Source: Sumerlaeia bacterium (GTDB lineage: Bacteria; Sumerlaeota; Sumerlaeia; SLMS01; JAHLLQ01). From it: a stretch of 64,000 nucleotides of DNA. The notes under the pieces are model-generated. The model was not told the origin of the DNA. It saw nothing but the letters and a program-made list of their open reading frames with translations, and did not search any database. The DNA lies in NCBI GenBank assembly GCA_040219255.1, contig JAVJSW010000042.1, forward strand, positions 1-64,000, given 5' to 3'. Of the stretch, positions 10,008 to 19,438 are shown piece after piece; positions within the stretch are counted from its first letter, which is position 1; every line of letters starts with the position of its first letter. The translations under genes and the position numbers were made by a program.

Positions 10008-11768
10008 CTAAGCCTCCGATCTCGCCAACGGGGAAAGCCAGCCGGGCGAAGTCTCCGCAGCAGCCGGAGGCGCTCTGTCCGCCAACGGCTCGAGCCGGCC
10101 TCTCTCCATCGTATAGCGGCGAGCCGCCAACGCCAGAGCCCGGGGACTGTGGGTAATGAGCAGTACGGCGCGGTTGCCGGCGTGCAGGCGCAGCGACTCC
10201 AGCGCCAGTGCTTCCGTATAGGAATCGAGGGCCGCGGTCGGTTCGTCCAGAACCCAGAGCCGCGCGTCCCCCAGGAGCAGGCGGGCGAGCGCCAGGCGCT
10301 GGAGTTGACCACCCGACAAGGCACGCTCCGCCCCCAGCGTTTCGTCGAGTCCCAAGCTATCGAGTCCGAGCGCGTCGAGAGCCCGGCGCATGGCGGCGCC
10401 AGTGGCGCCCGGTTCCGCTGCCAGCAAGTTCTCGCGGACCGTCAGCGAGAAAACCGACGGCGTTTGAAGAGCCACCGCTACCCGGCCGGGCCAGCCGCAG
10501 GCGGCCTGCGGGTCGGGGCCTTGCCCTTCAAATCGCACTGCGCCGCGATTTGGCAGCACAAGCCCCGCCGCCAGTTTACCGAGCGTGCTCTTGCCACAGC
10601 CGCTGGGACCTGTCACCGCCACCCATTCGCCCGGTGCGATGCGCAAATCCAGATCCCGCGCCACGTCCGGGCCGTCAGGGGAATAGCGAAACCAGACGCC
10701 GTCCAACTCAAGGCTCCGGCGGTTCGCTCCTGGCTGGGGCGGCGGCGCCTCGTTAGGCTCCTCCGTGCCAGCCGGTTCGAGAAACGCCATCAACCGCGAC
10801 CAGGCCGCCACGCCGTAGCTCCAGCCCTGAACGTGGCTGTAGAGCGCCATCGAGAGCACTGTCACGCCCCCGAGAAAAAACTCCAGAATGCCGAGCGCCG
10901 TCCCCAACGTGATCCGCCCCGTCACGAGTCTGGAAAACGTGTGCAGCATGAGGCCCACAACCAGCGCCGCGAACAGCAGCTTGCAGAACAGCCGCACCGC
11001 TTCGGCCTGGCGCCGGTGGGTGCGCTCGCATTCATAGCGGCCCCGATAGGCGGCGCGCATCGCCAATAGGAGCGCTCCGTTAATCCCGCCGAAGCAGGCC
11101 AGACTCTCGCGCGCGGCGCACAATTCGCCCCCCAGCGCCAGGACCCGGGCTTCGGCGCTCTGCACATCTTGCGCGCGCCGCGTCAGCCGCCGATTGGCCC
11201 AGGCGATTCCCGCCGCCACCGGCAATCCAGCCCCGACCACGATCAGCGCTGCCGAAGGCGAGAGCATGGCCAACAGACACAAGAGGACGATAAGAGCCAG
11301 CCCATCCGCCACCAGTCCGGGCGCGGTGGTGGAAGCGAGCTTTTCGGCAAGCCTCAATTCCGCCGTCAGAGCGCTCGCCATTTCGGCGCCGCGCTTCGGC
11401 GTCAGTCGAAGGGTGAGGCGCTCCATAAGGCGCTCGCGCAGACGTTCGCCCGCCCGTTCCTGCGTCGCCAAAACCCGCAGCGACCACACTCGCGTCAGCC
11501 CGGCCGTCAATAAAAACAGCAGCCCCCAAAGACCCGCCACGGCCCAGACCTGGGAAGCCCAACCGGGTGCGGCGGAGCCCGCCCCCGTAGCGCCACGGCT
11601 CATCCCATCGACCACCCATTTCCAAAAGAAGGGGTAGAACAGCAGCGGCGCCCGCAGCGCCATCTCCATGGCCACGCAAACCGCCATCGCGGGCGCCAAC
11701 TCGCGGCCAAAGGCCACCAGGGGAAACGCTCCCTGCTCCGGGAGCAAGCGCCGCAGGAGATTTGTCAC
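10008..11768 (-). CDS. ABC exporter, fused permease/ATPase (no C39 peptidase domain)
   Basis: N-terminal TM helices; GPSGCGKST, LSGGQ, VLDEPT, ITH; GTG start overlaps the upstream stop. Confidence 0.9.
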   Translation of the reverse strand: MTNLLRRLLPEQGAFPLVAFGRELAPAMAVCVAMEMALRAPLLFYPFFWKWVVDGMSRGATGAGSAAPGWASQVWAVAGLWGLLFLLTAGLTRVWSLRVLATQERAGERLRERLMERLTLRLTPKRGAEMASALTAELRLAEKLASTTAPGLVADGLALIVLLCLLAMLSPSAALIVVGAGLPVAAGIAWANRRLTRRAQDVQSAEARVLALGGELCAARESLACFGGINGALLLAMRAAYRGRYECERTHRRQAEAVRLFCKLLFAALVVGLMLHTFSRLVTGRITLGTALGILEFFLGGVTVLSMALYSHVQGWSYGVAAWSRLMAFLEPAGTEEPNEAPPPQPGANRRSLELDGVWFRYSPDGPDVARDLDLRIAPGEWVAVTGPSGCGKSTLGKLAAGLVLPNRGAVRFEGQGPDPQAACGWPGRVAVALQTPSVFSLTVRENLLAAEPGATGAAMRRALDALGLDSLGLDETLGAERALSGGQLQRLALARLLLGDARLWVLDEPTAALDSYTEALALESLRLHAGNRAVLLITHSPRALALAARRYTMERGRLEPLADRAPPAAAETSPGWLSPLARSEA

Positions 11769-13438
11769 GTCCGCGCCGCCTCCCGCTCCCCGGCAAGAGA
11801 CTGGCCCTCTCGCAGCGCGTTGTAGAGCCTCATCATCTCCCATTCGTACTCGTACATCTGGCGGCGTGAAAAGCGGTACATTTCCTGCAGAATTCGCATC
11901 TCCACCTCCACCGGATCGGCAAGCACCGCGTCGTCCGCAGCCAAGCCAGCAACCAATTCGCGCGGAATCCAGCCATAGGTCGCGGCTAACACCAACATCT
12001 GGAGCGAGCGCCGCACGGGGTCCGAGCGCGGGACAACGGGTTGCGTCGTGACGTCCTCCGGGCCAGGATGGTCCCCCTCGCCCAGGACATCGTCCGAGCC
12101 GATCCAGCCATCGCGAAGGGCCCATTGCGTGATCTCGCACTCCTTCTGGTACATCAGCGTATTCGCATCCATGCCGAAAGGTTGGGGCAAACTCAGGAAG
12201 AAGGCGACAGCTTCGCGGAGATCGTCCACCGTCTCGTAGGGGTTATCGGTGATAATCTCGTAGGTCACAAACATCCGATGGTGCCATTTAGCCGCCAGAG
12301 CTTGCAATTCCGCGTTTGTCTCCGGGCGGTGGTAAACCTCGCGGCGGGCGCGCTCGCAGCCTGTCTGAATGCCCAGGATAACGCTGTCGAGCCCGGCGGC
12401 GATCAGGGCCTCCATGTTCTCATCGGTCATCAACCGCCCATGGGTGATAACGGTCAGCGGCAATCCCACCCGCTCCTTGTAGAGGGCGGCGAATTCCGCC
12501 ACCCAGTCCCGGTCCACGGGAAAGATCTCGTCCCAGAACCCGACTCGCTTTTTGCCCGTGCTCAGGGCCAACCGGGCGTGCTCCACCGCGCGCCCGGGCG
12601 ACATCATACGGTAGGACAGCCCTCGGCCGCTGAGCGAACGGACCTCGCGGTTTCGCCAGCAAAACGTGCAGGCGAACCAGCACCCGCGCGCCGCCATCAC
12701 ATCGTGCTGATAAGCCGCACTATTGATCTTTCCGCCATCGCATTTCGCCAGTTTGTTTTCAAAGTAATCGCGCAAATCGGTGGGAATCAGGATTTCATCC
12801 CCGGTGCGTTCGTAGGTCGTCGCCGGAAGGGCATCCAACTGCGCCGGGGTAAGGAATGGGCGGAGCGGATTGCGGTGAATTTCGCCGGCATCGCTCCTGT
12901 ACCAAAGGCCCTTGATGGCGGAAAAGTCGCGTCGGCCGCTCTTGAACTCCTCCGTCAGCGCCACGGCCACTTCTTCGCCCTCACCGGTGCAGACCGCATC
13001 GGCGTGCCGCAGGCAAAATTCGGGCTGACTGATGGCATAGTAGCCGCCCCACACCACCGGAGCGTCGCAAACCTCGCGCACGGCGGAGGTCAATCGCCCG
13101 GCCACATGATTGATCGGCGCCAGGACGCTGAACCCAATCCAGCATGGATCGAGACCCGCCACCGTATCTTGCAGAGCCCGCACCTCCCCCGGGTCCAGTG
13201 GCGGACGCACCAGCGGCGGCTTGACCCAAAAGGGCTGGAACAGGCTGTAGTCGGTGTCTTTCTCGAAAGGCAGAAGCTTGCCGAAACGGATGACCTTGCA
13301 GTCGTGCCCCGCTTGCTTCAGAACCCCGTGAATCCAGCGTAAGTTGAGATTCGTGAAACCATCGTAAAGCGTGATCAGGACGACCGGGCCGGAGCGCGGC
13401 GGCGCCATCGGTACGGGAGCAAGGCCTTGCGCGGTCAT
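11765..13438 (-). CDS. cobalamin-dependent radical SAM protein (copy 3)
   Basis: B12-binding N-domain (VVWGG, GEGEE), RGCWFACTFC, FWDEIF, GIQTG. Confidence 0.92.
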   Translation of the reverse strand: MTAQGLAPVPMAPPRSGPVVLITLYDGFTNLNLRWIHGVLKQAGHDCKVIRFGKLLPFEKDTDYSLFQPFWVKPPLVRPPLDPGEVRALQDTVAGLDPCWIGFSVLAPINHVAGRLTSAVREVCDAPVVWGGYYAISQPEFCLRHADAVCTGEGEEVAVALTEEFKSGRRDFSAIKGLWYRSDAGEIHRNPLRPFLTPAQLDALPATTYERTGDEILIPTDLRDYFENKLAKCDGGKINSAAYQHDVMAARGCWFACTFCWRNREVRSLSGRGLSYRMMSPGRAVEHARLALSTGKKRVGFWDEIFPVDRDWVAEFAALYKERVGLPLTVITHGRLMTDENMEALIAAGLDSVILGIQTGCERARREVYHRPETNAELQALAAKWHHRMFVTYEIITDNPYETVDDLREAVAFFLSLPQPFGMDANTLMYQKECEITQWALRDGWIGSDDVLGEGDHPGPEDVTTQPVVPRSDPVRRSLQMLVLAATYGWIPRELVAGLAADDAVLADPVEVEMRILQEMYRFSRRQMYEYEWEMMRLYNALREGQSLAGEREAART

Positions 13439-15219
13439 TGGGCCGGGCTCTTTCCCGCCATGGGGGCGCTGCCCAATTGGCTGGCGAAGGTGTGCATGTT
13501 GGCCTCGTACTCGTGCATCGTGTGGCGCGTGTGGCGATACAACTCCGTCAGCAGCAACACCGCGAGGCGGCGGTCGTTGGAAAGGAGCGCGTCGTCTTCG
13601 AACCATCGGCGCAACTTCTCGCGAGGGATGAAGTCGTATTGGGTGGCGACGATCAGCATCGTGAGCGCCCGCTTGCGAGCGTCCCTGCGTGGCAGAAACC
13701 CGGTGCAGGTGACATCCTGGTAGCCCAGTTCGGCCCGCGAACCGAGCACCTGGTCCTCGCCGATAAGCCCCGCTGCCAAGGCTTTCTTCGTGATGTCCTG
13801 ATTCCGAAAGTAAAGCAGCGTGTTCGTGTCGACGACGAAGTGATGAGGAAAGGCGATGAACAGTTCGAAGGAAGCGCGCAGGTCCTCTTCCGTCTCAAAG
13901 GGATTGTCGATGATCGTGTCGTAACAGCACCAGGCGTGTTTGTTCAAAATCCGCGCGCCTTCGAGGATTTCCTCGTTCGTTTCGTTTCGGCCGTAGACCT
14001 CGCGGCGCACGCGTTCGCTGCCGCTCTGAAAGCCCATGTTGCACGAATCCATTCCCGCATCGGCCAGAAGCCGCACGTTTTCCTCGCGAACCATCTTCGG
14101 GTGGAAGTTCACGGAAAAAGGCAGGCCGATCTCGGCCTTGTAGAGTGCGCAGAACTCGCGCAACCAATCGGTGTCGTAAGGGAAAATGTCCTCCCAAAAG
14201 ACGAAGCGCTCCTTGCCCAGGCGATCCTTCGCGTCCTTCAGGTACTCGACAATCCAGCGCGGGTCGGCGGGGCGGTAGTAAAGGCCCTGGCCTCGTTCGC
14301 GCCCGATCTGCACGTTGTGAAAACAGAACGTGCAGGTGAAAAAGCAGCCCCGGGTGAAGAGCACATCGTGCACCACGGTGGCGCTGTTGCTCTTGCCGCC
14401 GTCCGCTTTTGCCTGATTCACGTACCATGTCAGGGCGTTCTCCGGCACGAACAGTTCGTCCTCGGTACGCTCGAAAAACAGCAGGGGAAGGGCTTCGAGT
14501 CGCTCCGCCGGAAGAAGCGGGCGCCTGGGCTCGCGCTCGATTTCGCCGTCCCGCCCCCTACGCCACAAACCCGCGATTCCCGCCAAACCCCGTTGATCGC
14601 GCGCTTTTAGCCGGCCGCTGATCTCGACGGCCACTTCCTCGCCCTCTCCCACACAGACCGCGTCGGCGTGCTGGAGGCACCATTCCGGTTCGTTGATCGC
14701 CATGTATCCGCCCCAAACGAGCGCCACCCCGCCGCCCAGCCGCTCGCGCAGGCGCCGCGTCAGATCCGCCGCCACGTGGTTGTGCGGCGCGATAACGTTC
14801 AGCCCGACCCACAGAGGCTCCAGCGCCGCGACTCGCTCCACCAGCGCCTCGGCGTCGGCTTCCCGATACGCGGGCCGCGCCAGGGGAAACTTCACCTTCA
14901 ATGTCTGGAACAGCGAGTAATCCAGATTATGCTCGTAAGGCACCGTGTGGCCAAAGCGGATGATCTTGGCGCTGTGACCACCCCCAACCAGCGCCGCGTA
15001 AAGGTAGCGCATGCTGATGTTCATTTGCCCGTCGTAGAGCGTGATCAGCACCACCGGCGGCCCGGAGACAGGGGTCGAGGCATCGCGCACGCGCTGGCAG
15101 GCCTCTTCGGCAGTGGCGGGAGGACAGGTAGAGCGCGCCGCATCCGCGGACGCGCCGCCAAATCGGGCGAATGGGCCGCCGGCTTTGACTTTGCGGGTTT
15201 CGGAGCGAGCGGCGCTCAT
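13435..15219 (-). CDS. cobalamin-dependent radical SAM protein (copy 2)
   Basis: LVWGG, GEGEE, RGCFFTCTFC, FWEDIF, GFQSGS. Confidence 0.92.
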   Translation of the reverse strand: MSAARSETRKVKAGGPFARFGGASADAARSTCPPATAEEACQRVRDASTPVSGPPVVLITLYDGQMNISMRYLYAALVGGGHSAKIIRFGHTVPYEHNLDYSLFQTLKVKFPLARPAYREADAEALVERVAALEPLWVGLNVIAPHNHVAADLTRRLRERLGGGVALVWGGYMAINEPEWCLQHADAVCVGEGEEVAVEISGRLKARDQRGLAGIAGLWRRGRDGEIEREPRRPLLPAERLEALPLLFFERTEDELFVPENALTWYVNQAKADGGKSNSATVVHDVLFTRGCFFTCTFCFHNVQIGRERGQGLYYRPADPRWIVEYLKDAKDRLGKERFVFWEDIFPYDTDWLREFCALYKAEIGLPFSVNFHPKMVREENVRLLADAGMDSCNMGFQSGSERVRREVYGRNETNEEILEGARILNKHAWCCYDTIIDNPFETEEDLRASFELFIAFPHHFVVDTNTLLYFRNQDITKKALAAGLIGEDQVLGSRAELGYQDVTCTGFLPRRDARKRALTMLIVATQYDFIPREKLRRWFEDDALLSNDRRLAVLLLTELYRHTRHTMHEYEANMHTFASQLGSAPMAGKSPAQ

Positions 15220-16949
15220 GAGGCGGCCTCCCGGCAACCGGCGGCAGCCGCGGGTGACGTGCCTTTGGGGGCGGCGCTCGCGCGGCCAGCCGCCGGCTGG
15301 GACGTTTGGGCAAGCGCAATGCGCGCAAGTTGGCGCTCGAGGCGGAACCGTGCGTCACGCTCCTGGAAGTAAAGCCGCCTCGCTTTGCCATAGAGCCGGA
15401 AGGAGATCGTCTGCTTCAGCCGGAGAGGATCGTCGAGAAGCACATCATCGTCCATCCAGGCGGCGATTTCATCACGGGCAATAGCGTCTCCGTGCTGGGT
15501 TGCGACCATCAGCAGATAGAGATTCGCCTGACGCGTCGTCCGCCGCGCCTGGAGATAGTTGCACGGATCGAAACCGTCGGCCAGCTTCCACGTCAGCTCG
15601 GGCTGGGCGATCAGACCGTCGCGCAAGGCTCGCTCCGTAATCGAGCACCCAGGCAGATAGGTAAAGCTATTCGTCGCGATCTTGAACGGCGTGGGGAAAC
15701 GCAGGAACAGTTCGATGTTGGCGCGCCAATGCTCCTCCATCTCGTAAGGCGGATCCACGATCATGTCATAGGTCATGTCGATGCGGCTGTTCAGTTTGCG
15801 GGCCGAATCGAGGATTTCTTCGTCGGTCTCGAAGCGGTGGTAGTATTCCGCGCGAAAGTGCTGACTGCCGCTCTGAATGCCGCACACGGCGGAGACGCAG
15901 CCGCTGCCGACGATGAGGTCGATAAAGCTCTCGTCGGTGTGCTTGGGGTGGAAATAGCAGAAATACGGAACGCCGACGCGCCTTGGATACTCGGCGGCGA
16001 ACTCCTCGAGCCACTCGCGGTCGAGGCTGAAGATGTCGTCCCAGAAGGCGACGAAGCGCTTACCGAGAACATCCCGGGCGTGGACGCACTCCTCGATCAC
16101 GCGGCCCACCGATTTGCGCCGGATGTAGCGTCCGTTTCCCCTGTACATTTGGGCCAGCGGCTCGTTGAAACAGAACGTGCAGCGATAGGGACAGCCCAGC
16201 CCGGTCATGATCGTGCGGGGCGTGAAGTTGTCCAGGTCCTCGCTGACACAGCGGGCGGCGGCGCGCTCGCGGGCATCCCGGGGAACCATCAAGGTGTCTT
16301 CGGAGCGGAAAGGAAAAAATCCGATCGAGTCAAGGTCGCGGATCAGGGGCCGAAGGGCGTTGCGCCGCGTCGTGCCATCGGGCCGCAAAGTGGCCACGTT
16401 GGGGACGGCGGAGAAATCCCGCTCGCCCGCCGCCGCCAGCCTCGCCAGATCGACCATCGCCTCTTCGCCCTCGCCCACCACCACGGCGTCCGGGCCGCCG
16501 GGGTCTTGCAGGGATTCCTCCGGCGCGAAGGTCGGATGGACTCCGCCCCAGATCACCGGAGCCCGCGTAACGCGCCGCGCCACCTCAGTGATCCGCACGC
16601 ACGTTTGATAGGACGGCGAAAGAACGCTGATCCCGACCAGAGTCGGATCGAGACGCCGCAGATGCTCCGCCAACTCGTCCAGGTCCTCCGGCGAAGGCAC
16701 ATTGAACCAAGTCGGCGCGTCGAAATCCATGCACTGAAACAGCAGCACCTCCTCCGTATTCGGAGTTGGCGCGGAAATGCCGAACTGGATGACCATCGCG
16801 GGCTGACCATCCTGGCGCAGCGCGGCGTAGAGTCGCCGCACGCCGACCGCCGAGTCCCAATCGTAAACGGTTATCAAGACCACCGGGCGCGGCGACGGGT
16901 CCGCTTCGCACGGTGCGTTTCGCGCGGCCTCGTGTCCAATATCCTGCAA
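15216..16949 (-). CDS. cobalamin-dependent radical SAM protein (copy 1); alternative start at 17072
   Basis: VIWGGVHPT, GEGEE, GCPYRCTFC, FWDDIF, GIQSGS; TTG at 16949 has an AGGAAAGGG RBS. Confidence 0.92.
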   Translation of the reverse strand: MQDIGHEAARNAPCEADPSPRPVVLITVYDWDSAVGVRRLYAALRQDGQPAMVIQFGISAPTPNTEEVLLFQCMDFDAPTWFNVPSPEDLDELAEHLRRLDPTLVGISVLSPSYQTCVRITEVARRVTRAPVIWGGVHPTFAPEESLQDPGGPDAVVVGEGEEAMVDLARLAAAGERDFSAVPNVATLRPDGTTRRNALRPLIRDLDSIGFFPFRSEDTLMVPRDARERAAARCVSEDLDNFTPRTIMTGLGCPYRCTFCFNEPLAQMYRGNGRYIRRKSVGRVIEECVHARDVLGKRFVAFWDDIFSLDREWLEEFAAEYPRRVGVPYFCYFHPKHTDESFIDLIVGSGCVSAVCGIQSGSQHFRAEYYHRFETDEEILDSARKLNSRIDMTYDMIVDPPYEMEEHWRANIELFLRFPTPFKIATNSFTYLPGCSITERALRDGLIAQPELTWKLADGFDPCNYLQARRTTRQANLYLLMVATQHGDAIARDEIAAWMDDDVLLDDPLRLKQTISFRLYGKARRLYFQERDARFRLERQLARIALAQTSQPAAGRASAAPKGTSPAAAAGCREAAS

Positions 16950-17105
16950 CGCGGTTCCCTTTCCTGGACAACGGCTCTGGCCGCTCCCCGGCGCGAGCGC
17001 GCCAGGACGAAAAGCGTTGGCACTTCCTGCCCGCCAAAGCGGCGAACGGAATGAACCAAATGCCTGAGCCATCTGTCCGAGGACGAATCAACTACATGGA
17101 TATAA

Positions 17106-18089
17106 TTAGGGCGGAGCGGAAAACGCGTCAACGTCATTCAACTCAGACGCGCTGCAAAGCTGCAATTTCGCGCAGGCCCCGCACTGGCTCGTGAAGGTCT
17201 CGGCTTCCGCCACTATGCCGCGTTCCCTCAGCATTGCCAAAGGGCCCCGCTCCCTCAGTCCCTCGATCAGCGGACTGGATAAAAAACGCGCGCGCCACCG
17301 CTCCTCTCCCTCCGGTTCATCGGCCCGGCCAACGGACAGCGCCTCCATCGCCGCGCCCCCGGAAAAGTAGCTCCCCGCCACGCAGCAGGCGAACACCCGG
17401 CCATCCGGCCGCACCATCATGTTGCCCAGAACGTGACAGGGGCCGTCCGCCTGGCTGGCCGGGACCTCTTCCACGCAGTCCCTGCGCGCGCGGCCCACGT
17501 CCACGGCGGGACAAAAATGCCAGCCCAGCAGCGGGCCGCTCTCCAGCGCCGCCCGCACTTCCGGGTCCAGCAAAGCCAGCCCCGGTTCTTCATCGCGCGC
17601 GTAACTGTAGGAAAGAAATCCCTCGATCCCCGAACTGGCACAGCCCCTCAGCAGCGCCACCACCCGAGACTCCGGCACATAGGAACGGTGCCAACGGTCG
17701 GTCGACACAACAAATCGCTGCAAACCCGGCAGTTCCCCCGCCCAGCGTGCGACTTCCTTGTCATCCCGGGCCCAAAATCCATTGGTGACGATCGTATAGG
17801 GCAACCCCACACCGTGCAGCAACCGGCCCGCGGCGCGCAGCAAGTCCGGCACGACAAACGGTTCTCCCCCAGTCAATTCCACGTGTTTCAGGCGCGGACG
17901 GGCCCCCGCCAAGCTTTCCACCAGCCGCTCCAGCACCGCCAGATCCATCGTGGCTCGATTGGCGGGGCCGCTCCAGGTCCCACAGAACGCGCACTCAGCG
18001 TTGCATCGCCAGGTCAACTGGACACCGATGCTCTCGTGCAGCGGCTTGGGACGATTGGTCGGGTGGGTGGCGGGTTGGGCTGGGGACAA
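17106..18089 (-). CDS. radical SAM protein, EpeE/YydG-like (candidate epimerase)
   Basis: RCNAECAFC, TGGEPF, TNGFW, STDRWH, VGRA, C...DGRVFACC, FTSQCGAC; GGAGA RBS before TTG. Confidence 0.9.
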   Translation of the reverse strand: MSPAQPATHPTNRPKPLHESIGVQLTWRCNAECAFCGTWSGPANRATMDLAVLERLVESLAGARPRLKHVELTGGEPFVVPDLLRAAGRLLHGVGLPYTIVTNGFWARDDKEVARWAGELPGLQRFVVSTDRWHRSYVPESRVVALLRGCASSGIEGFLSYSYARDEEPGLALLDPEVRAALESGPLLGWHFCPAVDVGRARRDCVEEVPASQADGPCHVLGNMMVRPDGRVFACCVAGSYFSGGAAMEALSVGRADEPEGEERWRARFLSSPLIEGLRERGPLAMLRERGIVAEAETFTSQCGACAKLQLCSASELNDVDAFSAPP

Positions 18090-18193
18090 GGAACGTTTTT
18101 CTCCAAAGTGATGGCGTGGTATCGCCCCTGTCCTTCAGCTTGCCTCGCACCTTGAAGGTGGGCGTTGACCCCGCCGGCAGAACTCCTTCGCCA

Positions 18194-19261
18194 TCAGCAC
18201 CCGACGACTCGTCCGCCAGTGCCCAGGCGCCGGTCGCGGTGGTCGACGAGTCGTTCGCGCATGCCACCGTAAACCGTGTCCTTCGAGGTATGGTTCAGGA
18301 AGTCATGGGGAAAGCCCAACTCGATCCTGCTGACGTCGTCGAGGCGCTGGAGCTGCTCGCAACTCAGCTTGAAGTCCAGGCATGTCAGGTTGTCCTTCAA
18401 CTGATCCACGCGCCGCGCGCCCACGATGGGGATGATCTGGTTGTTCTGGGCCCGCAGCCACGCCAGCGCTACGGCTGCCGGGGACTTGCCGACCTCCTCC
18501 GCTACGGCGACCACTTCACGGGCGATGGCCATGTTGCGCTCGCTCAGTTTACCGCTGTCGGCACCCATACGGCGCGCCTCGTCCTCCGCCTTTTTCAGAT
18601 ACTTGCCTGTCAGCACGCCGCCGCCCAGCGGCGACCACGGCGTCACCGCCAGATCGAACGCCCGCGCCATCGGCAGCAGATCGCGCTCGGGCGTGCGCTC
18701 GACCAGACTGTACTCGATCTGGAGCGCGCAGAACGGCGTCCAGCGGCACAGTTCCGCCATGGTGTTGCACTGCGCCACGACCCAGGCCGGGGCGTCACTG
18801 ATGCCGACGTAGAGGATCTTGCCCGCCCGCACCAGATCGTCCAGCGCGCGCATCACCTCGTCCACCGGCGTCAGGAAATCCCATGCGTGAATCCACAGCA
18901 GGTCGATGTAATCGGTCTTCAGCCGCTTGAGGCAGCCCTCCACCGTTTGCACCAGGTTCTTGCGATGGTTGCCGCCCGCGTTCGGATCGGTGCCGCGGGT
19001 CATAGTCATCGTGTATTTCGTGGCCAGAACCAGGTAATCGCGGTGCGCGGGAATCATCTCACCCAGAAACTTCTCGCTCGTGCCGTTGGTGTAGATGTTG
19101 GCCGTATCGACGAAGTTTCCGCCGGCTTCGAGGTACGCATCGAAGACCGCGCGGCTGCCCTCCAGATCCGCACCCGAATTCCATTCCGTCCCGAACGTCA
19201 TCGCGCCCAGGCAAAGTTCGCTGACGCGCAGGCCGCTGCGTCCCAACAGGTAGTAATCCAT
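18194..19261 (-). CDS. aldo/keto reductase
   Basis: LGRSGLRVSELCLGAMTFG, DTANIY, YIDLLWIH, WSPLGGGVLTGKY. Confidence 0.95.
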   Translation of the reverse strand: MDYYLLGRSGLRVSELCLGAMTFGTEWNSGADLEGSRAVFDAYLEAGGNFVDTANIYTNGTSEKFLGEMIPAHRDYLVLATKYTMTMTRGTDPNAGGNHRKNLVQTVEGCLKRLKTDYIDLLWIHAWDFLTPVDEVMRALDDLVRAGKILYVGISDAPAWVVAQCNTMAELCRWTPFCALQIEYSLVERTPERDLLPMARAFDLAVTPWSPLGGGVLTGKYLKKAEDEARRMGADSGKLSERNMAIAREVVAVAEEVGKSPAAVALAWLRAQNNQIIPIVGARRVDQLKDNLTCLDFKLSCEQLQRLDDVSRIELGFPHDFLNHTSKDTVYGGMRERLVDHRDRRLGTGGRVVGC

Positions 19262-19438
19262 AACGATCGGTTCTCCCAAACAAAAGGTTCAGCCCCGACT
19301 GTCGCCCGGCCGCCGCTGCGGATCAAGCTGACAAACGACGGTCACCGAAGGGCGTATGAGGCGATTTCGCTGGCCCGGCGAAACCGGCCCGGAGAATGCT
19401 TCTCTCGCCGTGACCTTGACCGCCCGGAGGACTCCCCC

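Noticed and set aside
16950-17105. Cobalamin riboswitch or sigma54 promoter before the B12 enzymes
   Set aside because: No B12-box and no correctly spaced GG-N10-GC consensus
18194-19261. Aldo/keto reductase as a member of the radical SAM cluster
   Set aside because: Co-oriented, but 104 bp away, with housekeeping-like codon usage and from a generic family; membership is unsupported though not excluded
19350-19390. Hammerhead ribozyme or c-di-GMP-I riboswitch
   Set aside because: Lacks the CTGANGA core and the GCAAA motifs
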